From Ramazzottius varieornatus (taxonomy: Eukaryota; Animalia; Tardigrada): 64,000 nt of DNA. Shown one piece after another: positions 26,461-39,541 of this stretch (its first letter is position 1; each line of letters opens with the position of its first letter). Under the pieces are notes generated by a model. The model saw nothing but the letters and a program-made list of their open reading frames with translations. It ran no database searches and was not told where the DNA came from. A program made the translations under genes and the position numbers. The stretch spans positions 377,036-441,035 of the forward strand of contig BDGG01000015.1 of assembly GCA_001949185.1 (NCBI GenBank), in the 5' to 3' direction.

Positions 26461-26658
26461 TATCAAGTGCTGCTCCTCCCTTTCAATGCCCTTATGGTAC
26501 AGGAATTTCTTAACATGGTGCAGCATCGGTTGTCCTACTATTTATTAATCGGATAGTGTGGACATAATTGAGATATGTAAAGTATGTTCTGTACACAAAC
26601 TCTCTACTAATGATTAGTAATGCTCGCTTTTTGTTCCAGGTACTGAAGCTGAAGCGAA

Positions 26659-27690
26659 GTGGAGGAAGAGGAGCACGAAAGCGAGGCCACGGTGATGAGA
26701 CAGTTCAAGGAGGCGCTAATCGAAGAGATGCGCAGCCATTCTTCGCTGTATAACAATGCAAGGAAAACCTTCAAAGATACCAAGATGAAAGCCAACGCTT
26801 GGATGTCAGTCGCGAAAGCCCTGAGTAGGTTCTCGGGCTCCGCGGATGAAGAGGGTGAGTCAACTGTTTTCTTGTCCATTGATTTTCATGCAGGATTGAC
26901 GATGAGTTCATAGTCTCTAACGGTACATTCTTTGGCTCAGATGAACAGTTTCGCACCCTGTGTATGAGGACTTGGAAGGGGCTACGGGAGAGATTCATGA
27001 GAGAGCTGAGAGAGGGGAAGAAGAGAAGTGGAGACAAGGGAGAACGGAAGAGGCCTTGGGAGTTTATAAATCAGCTTGAATTTATTCGACCTTATGTGTG
27101 CACTCGCTCGTAAGTATGCTGTTTGAACGGATCCTTCAGTTTGAAAATAAAACTTCTTGTCAATTTTTTTATTTACTCACAGGACTAAAGGCAACCTTCT
27201 GGCGTCCAAAAAGCTGAAAAACGCTGGAAGCGGACTGACCTCTCAACAGACCCAGCAGAACCAACAGACCCAACTTGTTTCTGTCGGGCGGGTGGCAGAA
27301 TCGGATGCAGATGACGCTGACGTATGTTCGCTGCCAGTTCCAGGCTCTCCATTCAGTCCATCGTGTTCTGGAAGTCGAAAGCGCGGAAAGGCTGACCATA
27401 GGTTCTTCGAAGATTACATCCGTAACGATAAGGAATCTACTGACAGGTTCGCGCAAACACCTGTCGCGTCTACGTCCAGCGGAAGCGATGCTTCGCTGGA
27501 TGAAGTTGATCTTCAAGGTGGGTACCAGTTCGACTTCCGGTGGATTTTTCCTGTCATAAGCAATATGGTAACAGCTTGTAATTTTGCAGTTCGCGTTTTG
27601 GCGGAAGATCCTGCAAAATATGACAAGCCAGGATACATGCTAGACGAATCAGAAGCGGAAATGGCCACATCTGCCCAAGAAACTTTGTAG
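26659..27690 (+). CDS. MADF/Myb-SANT DNA-binding protein (Harbinger accessory ORF), spliced, probably defective
   Basis: LIEEMRSHSSLYN..FKDTKMKANAWMSVAKAL | ..RTWKGLRERFMRELR..PWEFINQLEFIRPY; introns ~26855-26940 and 27110-27182. Confidence 0.8.
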
Positions 27691-28014
27691 TATTGTTTTC
27701 TAGTCGGTCAATTATCTCAGATAAATACTTGTGTATTAAATTTGTAATGCACGCCATAATAAATCAGACTGGAAAGTTTTCAGAATAAACGAAAGAAAGC
27801 AACCGGACGTCAGTCTTATCGGAAAATTAGACAAAACAAAAAGTTTGAACGACAATGATTACGCGTTTTCCACTTATACGTTCTGCTTGAGAAACAAGAC
27901 AGGAAGCTAGAATGTCAGCTAACTGCATACAGTTCTTGAGCTATTTCGGAGGTGTGCGGGTGACCGACGGATCACGCCATTGGTCTTTAAAGCTTCCAGA
28001 GAATTCAGTTTCTA

Positions 28015-28299
<285 letters not shown>

Positions 28300-28459
28300 T
28301 TATTTGGATTAGGAACGTTAGGAACTGAGCAAACAAGTCAACTGATTTCTCTTTCCAAGTTGCGCGCGGTTTCAAGTGTATTACCTTGAAATGTGCGCCA
28401 CTTGAAGAAACGATCCCGTTGACTTTCTTGCCAAACTCGTAGCAATCAAATGATAACAC

Positions 28460-29790
28460 TCACGGTTTTCTCTCCTTTGATAGACCCCTGTCAACCTTTG
28501 CGTCCTGCCACGGAATCTGTCCTTCTTTGCTCGAAAAGTAGTCTGTGAACATCTGGCGAACATTGCTGGCTTCCTGCGATGATCTCCGACTGTAATAAGC
28601 TGGTAAAGCTACCAGATTTTTGGTCTGTTCGTCGATCTGCTTCTCCAGTTCCCACTCCCACACTGACTGGTCCGGATCAGGATCGTGTCTGATCCACTGA
28701 GGAGGAAGATACTTGTCTGCTGGCTTCGCCGTGGCGTCCTTCTGTCTCAGGAAGTTGTGTGGCTAGGATGATTCGCTCCACTTGTTCCGCACTAGCTTGG
28801 ATGGTACGACGGTAGACCCTCCAGCGCTGGGCCAGAATACCAAAGGCATTTTCGACGATCCTTCGTGCACGATACAGACGATAATTAAAGATATGTTTAG
28901 GACGACTAAGCTTGTCTCCCGGAAATAGACACATCAAGTTCTTTTTCAGTGGAAAAGCTTGGTCAGCAACGACGACGTAGACATCTTCAGGTCCGTAGCT
29001 GGCAGTTTTCCGTCTTCTGGTAACTCTAGTGTCCCGTCTTCCAGCTTTTGCCCGAGAAGACTAGCAGTGAATGTGCCACTGTCACTCTGCTTACCATAGC
29101 CACCCACGTCGATGACTGTAAAGTTGTAGTGAGCATCGACAGGAGCGAGAAGAACCATGGAGAAGTGATCCTTGTAGTTGTGTTACTGAGAACCCGAGTT
29201 GTCAAAAGCCTGCACGCGTACATGCTTTCCGTCCAAGGCGCCGACACAGTTAGGGAAATGCCACAGTCTCTGGAATTCATCGGCACTGTTCTTGAAGGAT
29301 TCTTTTGAGGGTGCTGGAAGGTACTCTGGTTGGAGAGCACGATACAAAGCGGCACACGTTTCGTGGAAGATGTCACCCACCGTCGTCTTTCCCAGTCTGA
29401 AACTTCCCAGCCACTGTTGCATACGAATCACCGGTCGCAAGAAGCCTACAAACAATAGCATCACGTCAGTCTTCGTAGTGCCGGCTCATGAGCGAGTCAA
29501 ATACCTTAGCGTCACAGCCAGACGTTCCTCGGCATGGATTGGAAGTCGATGTGTAGTCTTGTGTTGAATGTGTGGCTCCACTATCTCCAGTAGTTGGTCA
29601 AAGGTCTCGTTGTTCATCCGGAAATACGTGTGGTGCTGTTCCGGATCTTCGCTCCGAATCTCTTGTATCAAAGCATAGAATTCTCCTTTCTGTTGACGAT
29701 GCAGATTCACAGGGCGAATGTACATGGAACGGGCTTTCTTTGGACGGTACTGCGATATGTATGCCTTGGCCAGTCTCAAAAGTTTCTACC
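28460..29790 (-). pseudogene. PIF/Harbinger DDE transposase (HARBI1/DDE_Tnp_4 family), degenerate
   Basis: YFRMNNETFDQLL..ERLAVTLRYL; WHFPNCVGALDGKHV; VIDVGGYGKQSDSGTF; FNYRLYRARRIVENAFGILAQRWR. Premature TAA at 29183-29185 and frameshifts. Confidence 0.92.
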
Positions 29791-31648
29791 GTCTAAAACA
29801 TCCAGTACTTCAATCCAATCAGACGAACCTGGTTTTTAGACAACATTCTCGATCAGAAATCTGAGGATCACAGAGATAAGATCAAAGGGAGAATATTATA
29901 ATTACGACGGAAGGAACGAAAGATCGCGAGCTTGCGGCTTCCGTCAGGTTATGGGCCATAATATGACATGACCTGATATCATATGACCTGACGTGCTGTT
30001 TTTGACTTAGCGAAGTATGAACGACAGGCACTTTTTACGGAGAACCTGCAAAGACTCAAAACTTTCGAAAAAGTCCGAAGAAGCTGTCTGCGTCAAAATT
30101 CTCGAACGGTTACTCGTCGCACGACTTGCTCGTTTGCTTTTGGTTGTCGTCTTCTGTCGCTCGCCATCTAGTCCGTGTGTACCTTAAGGGAGCCATGGAC
30201 ATTCTGTAGATCTACAGTACCGTGCGGGCGACTGTCCGCGATCTACAGTGCCGTTGTTTTGTTAAACAAAGCAAAAAAGGGCGAGGGAGGCCAGAATTGA
30301 ACCAGCAGCAGCAAACTATCGGCAGCGTAGTTCACACAGAGGAGCAAGGGAGCAGGCCAACTGGCAACAGAGCCGTCTACAGACCGTCTACGGTGCACGT
30401 TGACCGCACTCCTGCGACCGTACGCTGTGTTCAGATATCCTAGCTATCCGAAAACTGTAGCTGCATCGATGGATAGCTCAGGTACGCGATGTACAGAATA
30501 CGCACAGGGTACCCCACCCGTACAGTCAGGAGCGTTTATGCGTTGGGTTTATACTGCTAGGAGATTCGATTTATTGATAGTGAAGCTGACAATCAGGCTG
30601 GAAATGGCGCGGAAGAGTTCGCCTGATTCTCGATGTATCCGTGTCTCGTATATTTATTATGAGCTGCGAAGGGGCGGTGTGAGTACTCTCAGACCACTAC
30701 TGCCGCATTCAAACTGGATCCAAGTTTTGCTGACCCTATATTTAAGCCAGAGCGACACCCCTCTTCATTGAGAGAAACATGTATCGGTACACCGTTCATA
30801 GATGCTCCAGTTATTATCAGCGCAAAACCAGACAAACCCACAAAAAGGCAGCGGTGGGTGGGTTTGACAAGAATGCGACCGAACACAAGTATTCAAACTG
30901 CCAACTAAATATTCCAAAAAGACAACCATCCAACGTGAGTTCCCAGGCAAACAACACCAAAAATGTAACGCCACTACCACACGAAGAAATGGTTAACGTA
31001 CGTACGCCAATGTACGTTTGGCGCTGAAGTCGCTAACGAATCTTTGGCGTATTTTACTCTAAATGAACACGGTAGCAAGTGCCGGCATTGAGAGGCGTCC
31101 TCTGGCATATTAACACTATCACCGGTCGCAAGGTTCGCTGACCTATATTCAAGCCAGAGCGACACCCCCAACACCGACACGAGCGATGGTCACCCCAAGC
31201 ACTACCACAGCACGAGAAGCCACACTGATATTAGCAAGATCTTTATGAAGTTTGACGAATGTACCGCGCTTAAGCATTGCTCTTCCATCGACCAGCTAAC
31301 TTGATGTGGTCAATCGGTATGCCAGATGCACCGGCCGACGTTGCCGCGCCTATCCGAAAACTATGCGACGACTAATTCGTCCCAAGAAACTGTTTAAGCT
31401 AAGAGTTTAGACGCTGTCAAGTCAAAAGTTCTCCCGATTTAAAGGTAAAGCAAGATGAATCAGGAAAATTGAAGTGTTTTCTAGAGAGGGCATATTTTGA
31501 GAAAGATCGAACGGAGCAAGAAGAATGGCCAGTGGTTGATGTAAACAGGAAATCCTGTATAGTTGGTCTTGTCTCACTTGATGCAGACGCGGAGATAGTC
31601 GGCGGAGATTAAAATATCCGACAAGAATAATGGTGGAGTGAGGCAGCG

Positions 31649-31704
31649 TTGGGAATAGCTTGTGTACTCCGACACATGTGTCGGAGTACACAAGCTATTC
31701 CCAA
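31649..31704. repeat. Perfect 56-bp palindrome with no loop
   Basis: ttgggaatagcttgtgtactccgacaca|tgtgtcggagtacacaagctattcccaa. Confidence 0.95.
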
Positions 31705-31751
31705 ATAGCCAAGGAAAGCTAAGTTGAATGCTGACCAAAGCAAGATTTTAT

Positions 31752-32250
31752 CTATTCGCCCAGATTTTCTCCTCGCTTAATGCGTTGCTTGAGCAATTTC
31801 ACTGTACTGCCAATTCGCCGGTCGGGACGGGGTTTCAACAGTCTGGACCACCCTTTTAGAATCAAAGACAGATGAGGGTCGTTCGCACAAGGATCAGGGA
31901 ACCCTTGTTCCAGATGCTGCTTCCGGACTGCTGCTACGTACACGGCTCCCGTACTCGCGGAAACTTCTCATCAAAAAGGAATGCTTCAAATCGATGCCAC
32001 GGACGCACTCTCTGCAGGCTCCTCAGTCGCCCACTACCGTGTGCGGCTGCGGTCAATGAGTAGGAAGACTGGCCAGGCTGAAATCCTGTCTGCCACTGTC
32101 CGCAATGGGGAGGCGCGCTTATCAGAAATTTGGACGCATGTCGACGCATAACTGGAATTCTCTATCGCATAGTTGTCGGATATTCCAACCAAAAGATAAG
32201 GTGACGGCTTCCATGCGCTGCCAAAGTGCAAAATAAACACACTTCCTCAT
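31752..32250 (-). mobile_element. DIRS/Ngaro-type tyrosine-recombinase retroelement remnant
   Basis: YVAAVRKQHLEQGFPDPC..LSLILKGWSR..RRI resembles the YR N-terminal region; upstream FGSAWK..ISDNYAI resembles DIRS RNase H (W...xDN). Confidence 0.55.
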
Positions 32251-33204
32251 AGACTCCCATGTTAAGTTTCCTGGCTAACCATTAACTTAATCCCAGCCAT
32301 TGTTCTACGCATTAAGCGGAACTCAAACACGATCCATTTTACGCAGAGAAAGTACGTGAAACTGGCTTGGATGAAAGAGATACGTCTGCGAACTGGTTTC
32401 AGAAGATAGAAGTCAAGCCGGACCGCTGTCAAGACTCGAGAAAAAGCTCTAATTCCTATAAAGCAGAAGTGCGCGAGTGAAACGGAGTAAATTCATCTGT
32501 CACGCTATCGGATCACCAGCCGGCTTCGAAGAAATGTCTGCTTTCTCTACTGCGTTTCTATTTCAGGCAAAAACCAGGGTCCCGGTTTCCCCTATTTAGT
32601 GTATGAACTTGGCACACACGGTGTCAACCAATGTTGAAGGCCAGTTCAAGGTATTAACGGCGCATAGACACTCCGTTTTGATAAATTTGCTTTCTTGCGA
32701 GCAGCTGTTGCCCTGTGCACTCACAGAAGAATAATTCGCTTCGCAGAATCCGGCGGTTTGGAAGACATCTCCTGGTCACCGTTCACCACAAAACGTGCAC
32801 AACGAACGACCAACCGCAGTCTGTAGTATCGGTACATTGGTGGTGAGACCGACAAAACGGAAGTGTACTGGTATGTCTAACTTACGTACCAGCAGTCAAC
32901 GTACTGTAGGCAGGACGGTCATTCCCAAGTGGATTTGGATGAAGCCGCATCCTTTCAACGTTGCCCTTCGGATACCATCCTCGGCTGAAAACATGTTTTC
33001 GAAAGGTGCAGGAACCAGCCTGTCAAACTTGTCTGCAAACAAAACAATTTGCACACAAATTCGTTTCTGATTTGCCGAACGAGATGTATGATCGTATGCA
33101 AACTGAAGAGCCATAGATTCGACAAGCCCTACGGAAACCATGAATGCTATTAAGACGAGTGCGTCTTTTGGGACCTACTGCTATCTGGCGAGCTACAAAT
33201 ACAG

Positions 33205-33389
33205 TATACGCACGATGGGTAATTCTGGGACAGTAAAAATCATGGGTTAGACCTTTTCGCTACGGCGGTACGGAAGCACATACGTACGCGACTGATTCAC
33301 ACTAATGCACTTTTCAACACTTTTTTACGGTTGAATTTCTCTTTTGCCGTCCTTTCCGCCTGTCCCATAATTGACCCATCGTACATGTA
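33205..33389. mobile_element. MITE family B, copy 3 (opposite orientation)
   Basis: cgcacgatgggtaattctgggacag ... ctgtcccataattgacccatcgt; interior is the reverse complement of 2823-2997. Confidence 0.8.
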
Positions 33390-34726
33390 GTGAATCAACT
33401 TTGTGTACCTAGTCGGCTGGCGTCATGGATGGGTGGATAATCTAGGTGCAGGTACCGATTGTGTACAATAGTCGTAAAACGGTGAATGTCCACAGAACTA
33501 TGTACGAGGTAAACACGTCCTTGTGAAATCCGCTGCTCATGATGATTTTTTAACAACCATGGACACCAAGGAGCTTATCGTTCCGAAGGCTGTATCAGTT
33601 AAAACAGTATGCGCCCAATAAGGGGGAACGGCAAAACTGCGACACCGAGGCACTCCGCTTCCGCAACTGTCGAGATTTTTTCCGCTTATACTGGTAATTT
33701 CCGCCGCTGATTTCCATTTTCTTGTTCGATAACCGAAAGCGTTGCGGCTTTGCACACTCCCTGTTATGCTGCCCTGTCAGGGGCGTCGTAAAGAAGGGAG
33801 TATTGTCACTGTATTAAATTATACATATGTATGACAGGCACCGATGACCCGGTACCAGTTGGAAGATACAGACCTACCGTAGTGTAGACGTGCTTGTGGC
33901 TAGTCGGATGCATTGAGTCACACCCAAAATATGAAAGAAAAAACTGGTGGATGGATAAGAGCAGCCTGCACAGTCCGCATCAAGAACAATGCGGAAGGAC
34001 TTGAGGAAAGCATAATTATTTCCTACGTCTACGGAAACATAGGAGTATTGAAAAGCTGCACGATGACTCACACTCCACTAGCATCCAGTAACGTTTTAGT
34101 TTTTCGAAGTTCTTTGTCTTTGCACTGTCCTAACCCATGCCGCTCCTTTTACGCAATTCCAAATTTTACAGCCTATGCAGTCCAGCTGCCAAATCGGCAG
34201 GGGTCCAATGTCCGTGTGGGCCGTCCTGTCCAGCATTCAAAAAATTTTTGATTCCGGATGGGGTATCGTACTGTAGGTACGGTTTATGGGTGATTTTTCC
34301 TTCGTATTGATATTATTATGGGTTGCCAGCGAGATCACGGTTTGAAACCGGATGAACGACGTCAGACACATTGTATACAACAGTCATAATCTGATGCACC
34401 GGTTTGAGAGTGCGAAAGGTCTTCTGCATATGAATCATGCATGCAGCACCATGCATCTGACGCGCACTCAAAATATGCAAGGAAAAAACTAACTCTGAAT
34501 CCTTACTGATAGGAGCAATACGGCGTATCCTGAACAAAGGCTGTGGACGTGAGCATGCATCTGGTCAGATAGCAGCAACGACAAAGAGCCAGACAGTACG
34601 CGCTGAACTTCCATCAGCTTCGTTCGTCGTGGTTTAAGCCTGCGTTCCTTCCTAACTCCAAGATCTCGTTAATCGGGCGTCGAAGTTCAGAAAAGTTTCG
34701 ACCGGCATATTACATTGGCTCTGTGG

Positions 34727-35323
34727 ATAATGAATCGCGCTGTGAAGTCCACCGATTCGTTCGAGCTGGAAATGATGTCTACCAATACTGGGACTGCTTC
34801 TCCGCGTGGACCTGCAGTCACTCGGCAGGCAGAGGACGACAAGCATCCACATTCTCGGGCCATCGCTTTGAAGTACATGGACAACAAGATATCGGTTAGT
34901 GAACGGGTCTGCGACATGTTCTTGTCGGCCCTGTCTGTTGTGGTGGTACTGTCCAGCTTCCTGATCCTGCTGTTGGAGACCTTGCTGGGGCTGTTCGGGA
35001 TGGTTGTGTGTATGAACCTGTCCATCGACTATCTGGCGAAGGCTTCTCCGTCGTGCGACAATCCATATGGTCTCCTCTTCTACTTTGCCCTTGCACTCTG
35101 CAGTTTCGCTCTGGCATTGGGTGCCCTGAATCAGCTCTTCGTTCCCAACAGCATTCCAGCCCACGAGACGCGCTATCTTGTTCATCTGGTCATTCTGAAT
35201 TATGCTGTCTTAAAATGCAGCAATCACAATCAAATACCCATTTTAAATGGGCAGCACCCATATGGTCAAGTGGCTTTAGAAGACGAATTGTTGTCCATCA
35301 AGGGAAACTCCGACACGGACTGA
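34727..35323 (+). CDS. Hypothetical small multi-pass membrane protein, 3' end replaced by a duplicated block
   Basis: Long ORF with 2-3 hydrophobic helices (FLSALSVVVVLSSFLILLL.., LLFYFALALCSFALAL); no family recognised. Confidence 0.4.
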   Translation: MMNRAVKSTDSFELEMMSTNTGTASPRGPAVTRQAEDDKHPHSRAIALKYMDNKISVSERVCDMFLSALSVVVVLSSFLILLLETLLGLFGMVVCMNLSIDYLAKASPSCDNPYGLLFYFALALCSFALALGALNQLFVPNSIPAHETRYLVHLVILNYAVLKCSNHNQIPILNGQHPYGQVALEDELLSIKGNSDTD

Positions 35324-35501
35324 CCAAAGTACTCCGTTTTCTTGCTGGAAACTTCAACCAGGATCGATTCCTTCCGTTTCATGGTAAGTCCTTCTGCTAT
35401 CAAATAAAATGCAGCAATCACAATCAAATACCCATTTTAAATGGGCAGCACCCATATGGTCAAGTGGCTTTAGAAGACGAATTGTCGTCCATCAAGGGAA
35501 A
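35211..35501. repeat. Direct repeat of ~95 bp (35211-35307 and 35405-35501)
   Basis: taaaatgcagcaatcacaatcaaatacccatttt...tccatcaagggaaa occurs twice, nearly identical. Confidence 0.9.
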
Positions 35502-35991
35502 TGCAATGTACCTGACCCAGTCTGACTGGACTGTACTTGCAGACTTTGTGACTGTGCTGACTGGAACCGGGGCGGTCGTTACCACCATACTGCATTGTGG
35601 ATTTCCGGCTCACCTTGCAAATCAAGCTGCCGAAAATGGCCAACAACGTCAACAATAAGGATCGTTGTCTTTTAACAGTCTAACGGATGCATCTGATACG
35701 CTCTTCAATTATCTGATAGGCTTTACTTTATCCTGACACACTTACTTTTGGTTTTTGTACCGTTTGGGGCTTCTCTCTACGTATACGTCGCTAACTGTAT
35801 ATAACGTCACTGAACTTTATGTTCTACTGTAGTACTCTCGAAACATTGCTAGCAAAATCTTTGCAGGCTATACTTCGAGGTTTAAACTACCGTTCTGCTT
35901 CCTTCTCGGATGTGTGAAACGTAGTATGATAATATGCGGTCGAAAACTGATCATGAAATACTTGCAACTCTTTCCACCGTCGGCGGTATGC

Positions 35992-38735
35992 TCAAATTTG
36001 TATGATACCCAGCAAACGTCCGCTACCTGCAGTACAGAACAATAGAATATTGTATGCCAAGTTAAGTCAAGTGATACGTAATACATATTATGAACAGGAG
36101 AAAGTAATTTTGGTACCTTGACCAAGGTGGAAAAGGGATTTGGGTCCGGTCAAGGGAAAGAATGCAGGGAACCCACCACCAGGGAAGCCTGTTCGTCCGG
36201 TGAAGGTTCCGGCACCAGCTCCGGCGTTCACTTGAACATGGGCAGTGTGGTTCAGCACAGCTGCTGCCGAGGCCGCACTTTGTATCAAGGCAGCATGGGC
36301 GGCGACTATGGGCGTGGCAACCGAGCAGCCCACACCGGCAATTTTGTCCCAAAACAGCACCAAGTCGTCAAGGGCCGCGTCCAGCTTGATGGTCCACGTC
36401 TGCTCTTGACCGAGGTCTAGAGAATTCCCGCGTTTATGATCATATTGTCTACCGAAACCCTTCCTGCAATTCACAATTGTTCAACGCTACCTAAAGCCGT
36501 GGAATTAAGCAGCTATCGTACAGAAACTTACCCATTTGAAGCAACGTAGGAAACCAACAGGTGCATTTGACGAGTAACCTTTTCGTTGACTTTGTTCGTC
36601 AGGGGATTGTTGAGTCCTGGGTAGGCGAAAAGGTAATGAAGATCCAATCCATGGAAGGCACCTGAACAGAAGGGAAGAGTGCTTCAAGGTGTGGAACACC
36701 GAGCGAGAAAATGGATTTTGCAAGTGTTGACCACACGACCAACCTAACGGCTTGGATGGCGTATTTTGGGTCTGAGAATCGCCGACAGGATCATCCATGT
36801 AAGACATGACGTATAGCTGGTTCCCAAGCTCCGTCAAGTTTCGACCGGCGTAAATGGAGCCTTCTTTCGCAGCCGGACCGCGGTACATAACATCGGTCGC
36901 CAGCTGAAAAAAAGCACTCGAAAACTATTCAAGACTCGTTGCACATTGCTTTCGAGAAATCAGTACCGCAATAAACTTCTTCCGCAAGTAGAGGTAGTCG
37001 ACTGAGCTGGAGAATCCGTATCGGGTGTTTATAGCGTCCAGGATGTTTTGCGGTGTTTGAGCACATCCCGTGAGACTGCGGACGACAGCTGGGATGAAAC
37101 TGGTTTGAAGTTGCTCCAGCGTTGGCTGGCCGACTGTAAATATCGCTGGCCATTTTTCTGTTTGAGATCAAAAGAATAATATGGCTTTTGGTTTCGTAGG
37201 TTGGTAAGTAAATCCGGCGGAAAAAATGTACGAGACCTTGTATGACGGAGCTGGCATCTTCGGCCATGAAACCGCTCAATACTCCGCCTCTAAAATCCCA
37301 CGGCATGCTTTGCAGAACCCATTCCGGTTTGTACGGGATGTGAACACCGTCAACGGCCATGGCCAACTTGTACTCCGCTGGTCCGCGAGCTGAATCCGGA
37401 AGTGCGGCATTTGTTGCACTAACAATATCTTGGGCGTTGGCAATCTTGAAACAAAGGACCATTTCCGTCGTGGAACTGGTCGGACATCTCAAGATGCCAG
37501 CGATGGCAGCTGCGTTGACTCGAGGTGTTGGAATAAGAGCCATCGGCGAGAGCACGCTTCCACTCATCATAATGGTGGCATGAACAGCACCTGCAAGAAT
37601 ACAAACAAACATAATTTGCAGTCCAGAAGATGGGCGCCTTGTAGAAAAAGCCGGCAATCGGCAAGCAAAGCGTCGAATGCACGCCTGAACGGGGCTCTTC
37701 CTACCAGATTCCCGCTTGATCACAAACTTCAATGCAAAGGATATGAAAGGCGCATTAGTTTCTTTTATAATTTAGCCACGCTGTTAAAGAAGGTTCGAAC
37801 TTACTGCGGGCTTCAGGGTCAAGCATCATGGCAGACACCAGCATACTTCCCGCGCCATGTCCCATCAGAGTAATTTTATCCGTGTCGCCACCGAAGCCTT
37901 CGATGTTCTGGTGCACCCACTTCAGCGCGAGCTTTACGTCTCCAAGACCATAATTTCCTGGTGCGTTGGCATCTTCCGTACTGAGGAAGCCGAACATGCC
38001 CAACCGGTACTGAACGGCCACCACAATGAGGTTCGTGGTTCTTGCCAGCTCTGTTCCGATACTCGGTGCCTTATTGCCTCCTTAGACAGAATCAAAATGT
38101 CAGTTTTCGCTCAGAATGCTCTTTCCTCAATGCGTTTATACTTTCGAAAGATCCACCGTGGACAAACAGGATGACAGGTCGCTTGCCAGCACCGAACTGC
38201 TTTTGGTTGCGGTTGATGGCCGGCACGTAGACGTCAAGGTACAGACAGTCCTCACTGGTGTTCAACGAGGGGATTCCCGGCAGAATGCGGAAGTGGGCCA
38301 TGCGCAGCTGACCTAGGCTGTCGAACGAAGCAGTGGATGAGGGGGTTTTGTCCAGAGATTGCTCGCATTGCGGGCCGTACTTGTCCCGTGTCGGTGAAGA
38401 CATGTACGAGTAATTCTTGTTCATCCATGAAGGCTGAAAAGACAAACGTTCTCTTTGAATGAAAATCCCTATGCCATCAGATACTGGTAGTCGACAGATA
38501 AAGAAAACAACTGATCTACCTCAAACCGCTTGGAGTTCCCGTACTTGATTCCGTAATACGCAAAGCCTTTGGAGTCGCCATCGGCCGATATCCAGTACAA
38601 GTCCCCCGGAAAGCGGTATGTGCCCACATCAGCCACTCCCGCAAACAGGGCGTCATAGTTAACGTCGGCTGTGGCAGCCAACTCCTTCTGGCAAAAGATC
38701 GACAACGTCAGCAAATATGTAGATGACAACCTCAT
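35992..38735 (-). CDS. Type-B carboxylesterase-like protein, predicted non-catalytic (neuroligin/gliotactin-like ectodomain), secreted
   Basis: Signal-like N-terminus; SEDCLYLDVYVP; LFVHGGSF; VQYRLGMFGFLS..PGNYGLGD..ALKWVHQNIEGFGGDTDKITLMGHGAG (GXSXG has Ser->Gly); GAFHGLDLHYLF; ~9 exons. Confidence 0.88.
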
Positions 38736-39541
38736 CTTTGCATGACTCTTTGTCGATCTGGCAGTCGTTGACCATCTCAAAACCTTATTAAGCCGACAAC
38801 CCAGTGCGACCCCAGCAACCTTTTGCGGAGGGCCAGGTAGGTGTCAGCTTGAAGAGCCTGCAACACGTTTCTTCCTCAAGTGTCGTTATTATGTTATAAG
38901 TGGTTCGTCACTTCAAAAACACGTCGTGGTCACAACGTTCCTCATTCTCAGTCAATTCGGGCACTCCGCAGCAACACCACAACCTCGTGATCCCAAGTGG
39001 CGCACGTCCACGGTGTTGTTGGCTGAAAGCCTGCGCCACTCGGAGGAACGGTTTTGTCGAGTTCGACTTTTCCCCCAAGTGGCGCACGTTTTCCTTAACA
39101 CTGCCGCACTAAGTGCGCCACTTAAGAAAACGGTCTTGTCGAGTACGTTTACCGAGCTTCCAATTGATGATCAAGTCTAACGGCAGTTCAAATAAGGTAC
39201 AGTAGTTTAGACTCTTCATTCAAGCAAATACTATCAGATAATTGTTAAAAATTTTCAAAATGAGGGAACTCAAAAACGCCTCAGCTGCTACAAAACCAGG
39301 ATCGTCAAACGAAACAGCAGTATACCAGAAAAGAAAAAAGCTGGAATTCTTGTTGCAACAGAAGAATGACAGAGAGCTATAAAATGGCTTCTTTTCCCAT
39401 AGTTCGAGAATTAAAGTCTGTAGCCAAGAATCTAATGGCGTTTTTCTGCGATTCTTTCCACAATCTAAAACTCTCCGACATCATTTCCCACGCAGAAACA
39501 CACTCTTTTCACTTGTCTAAACAGGGGTATAAAACTTTTGC

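Noticed and set aside
30731-31170. 31-bp direct repeat encoding FADPIFKPERH (P450 PERF-like)
   Set aside because: No EXXR or heme-binding FxxGxRxCxG motif nearby
38993-39135. Palindromic repeats with spacers resembling a CRISPR array
   Set aside because: Only doublets, degenerate, dispersed in introns, spacers related to each other, eukaryotic context and no cas genes
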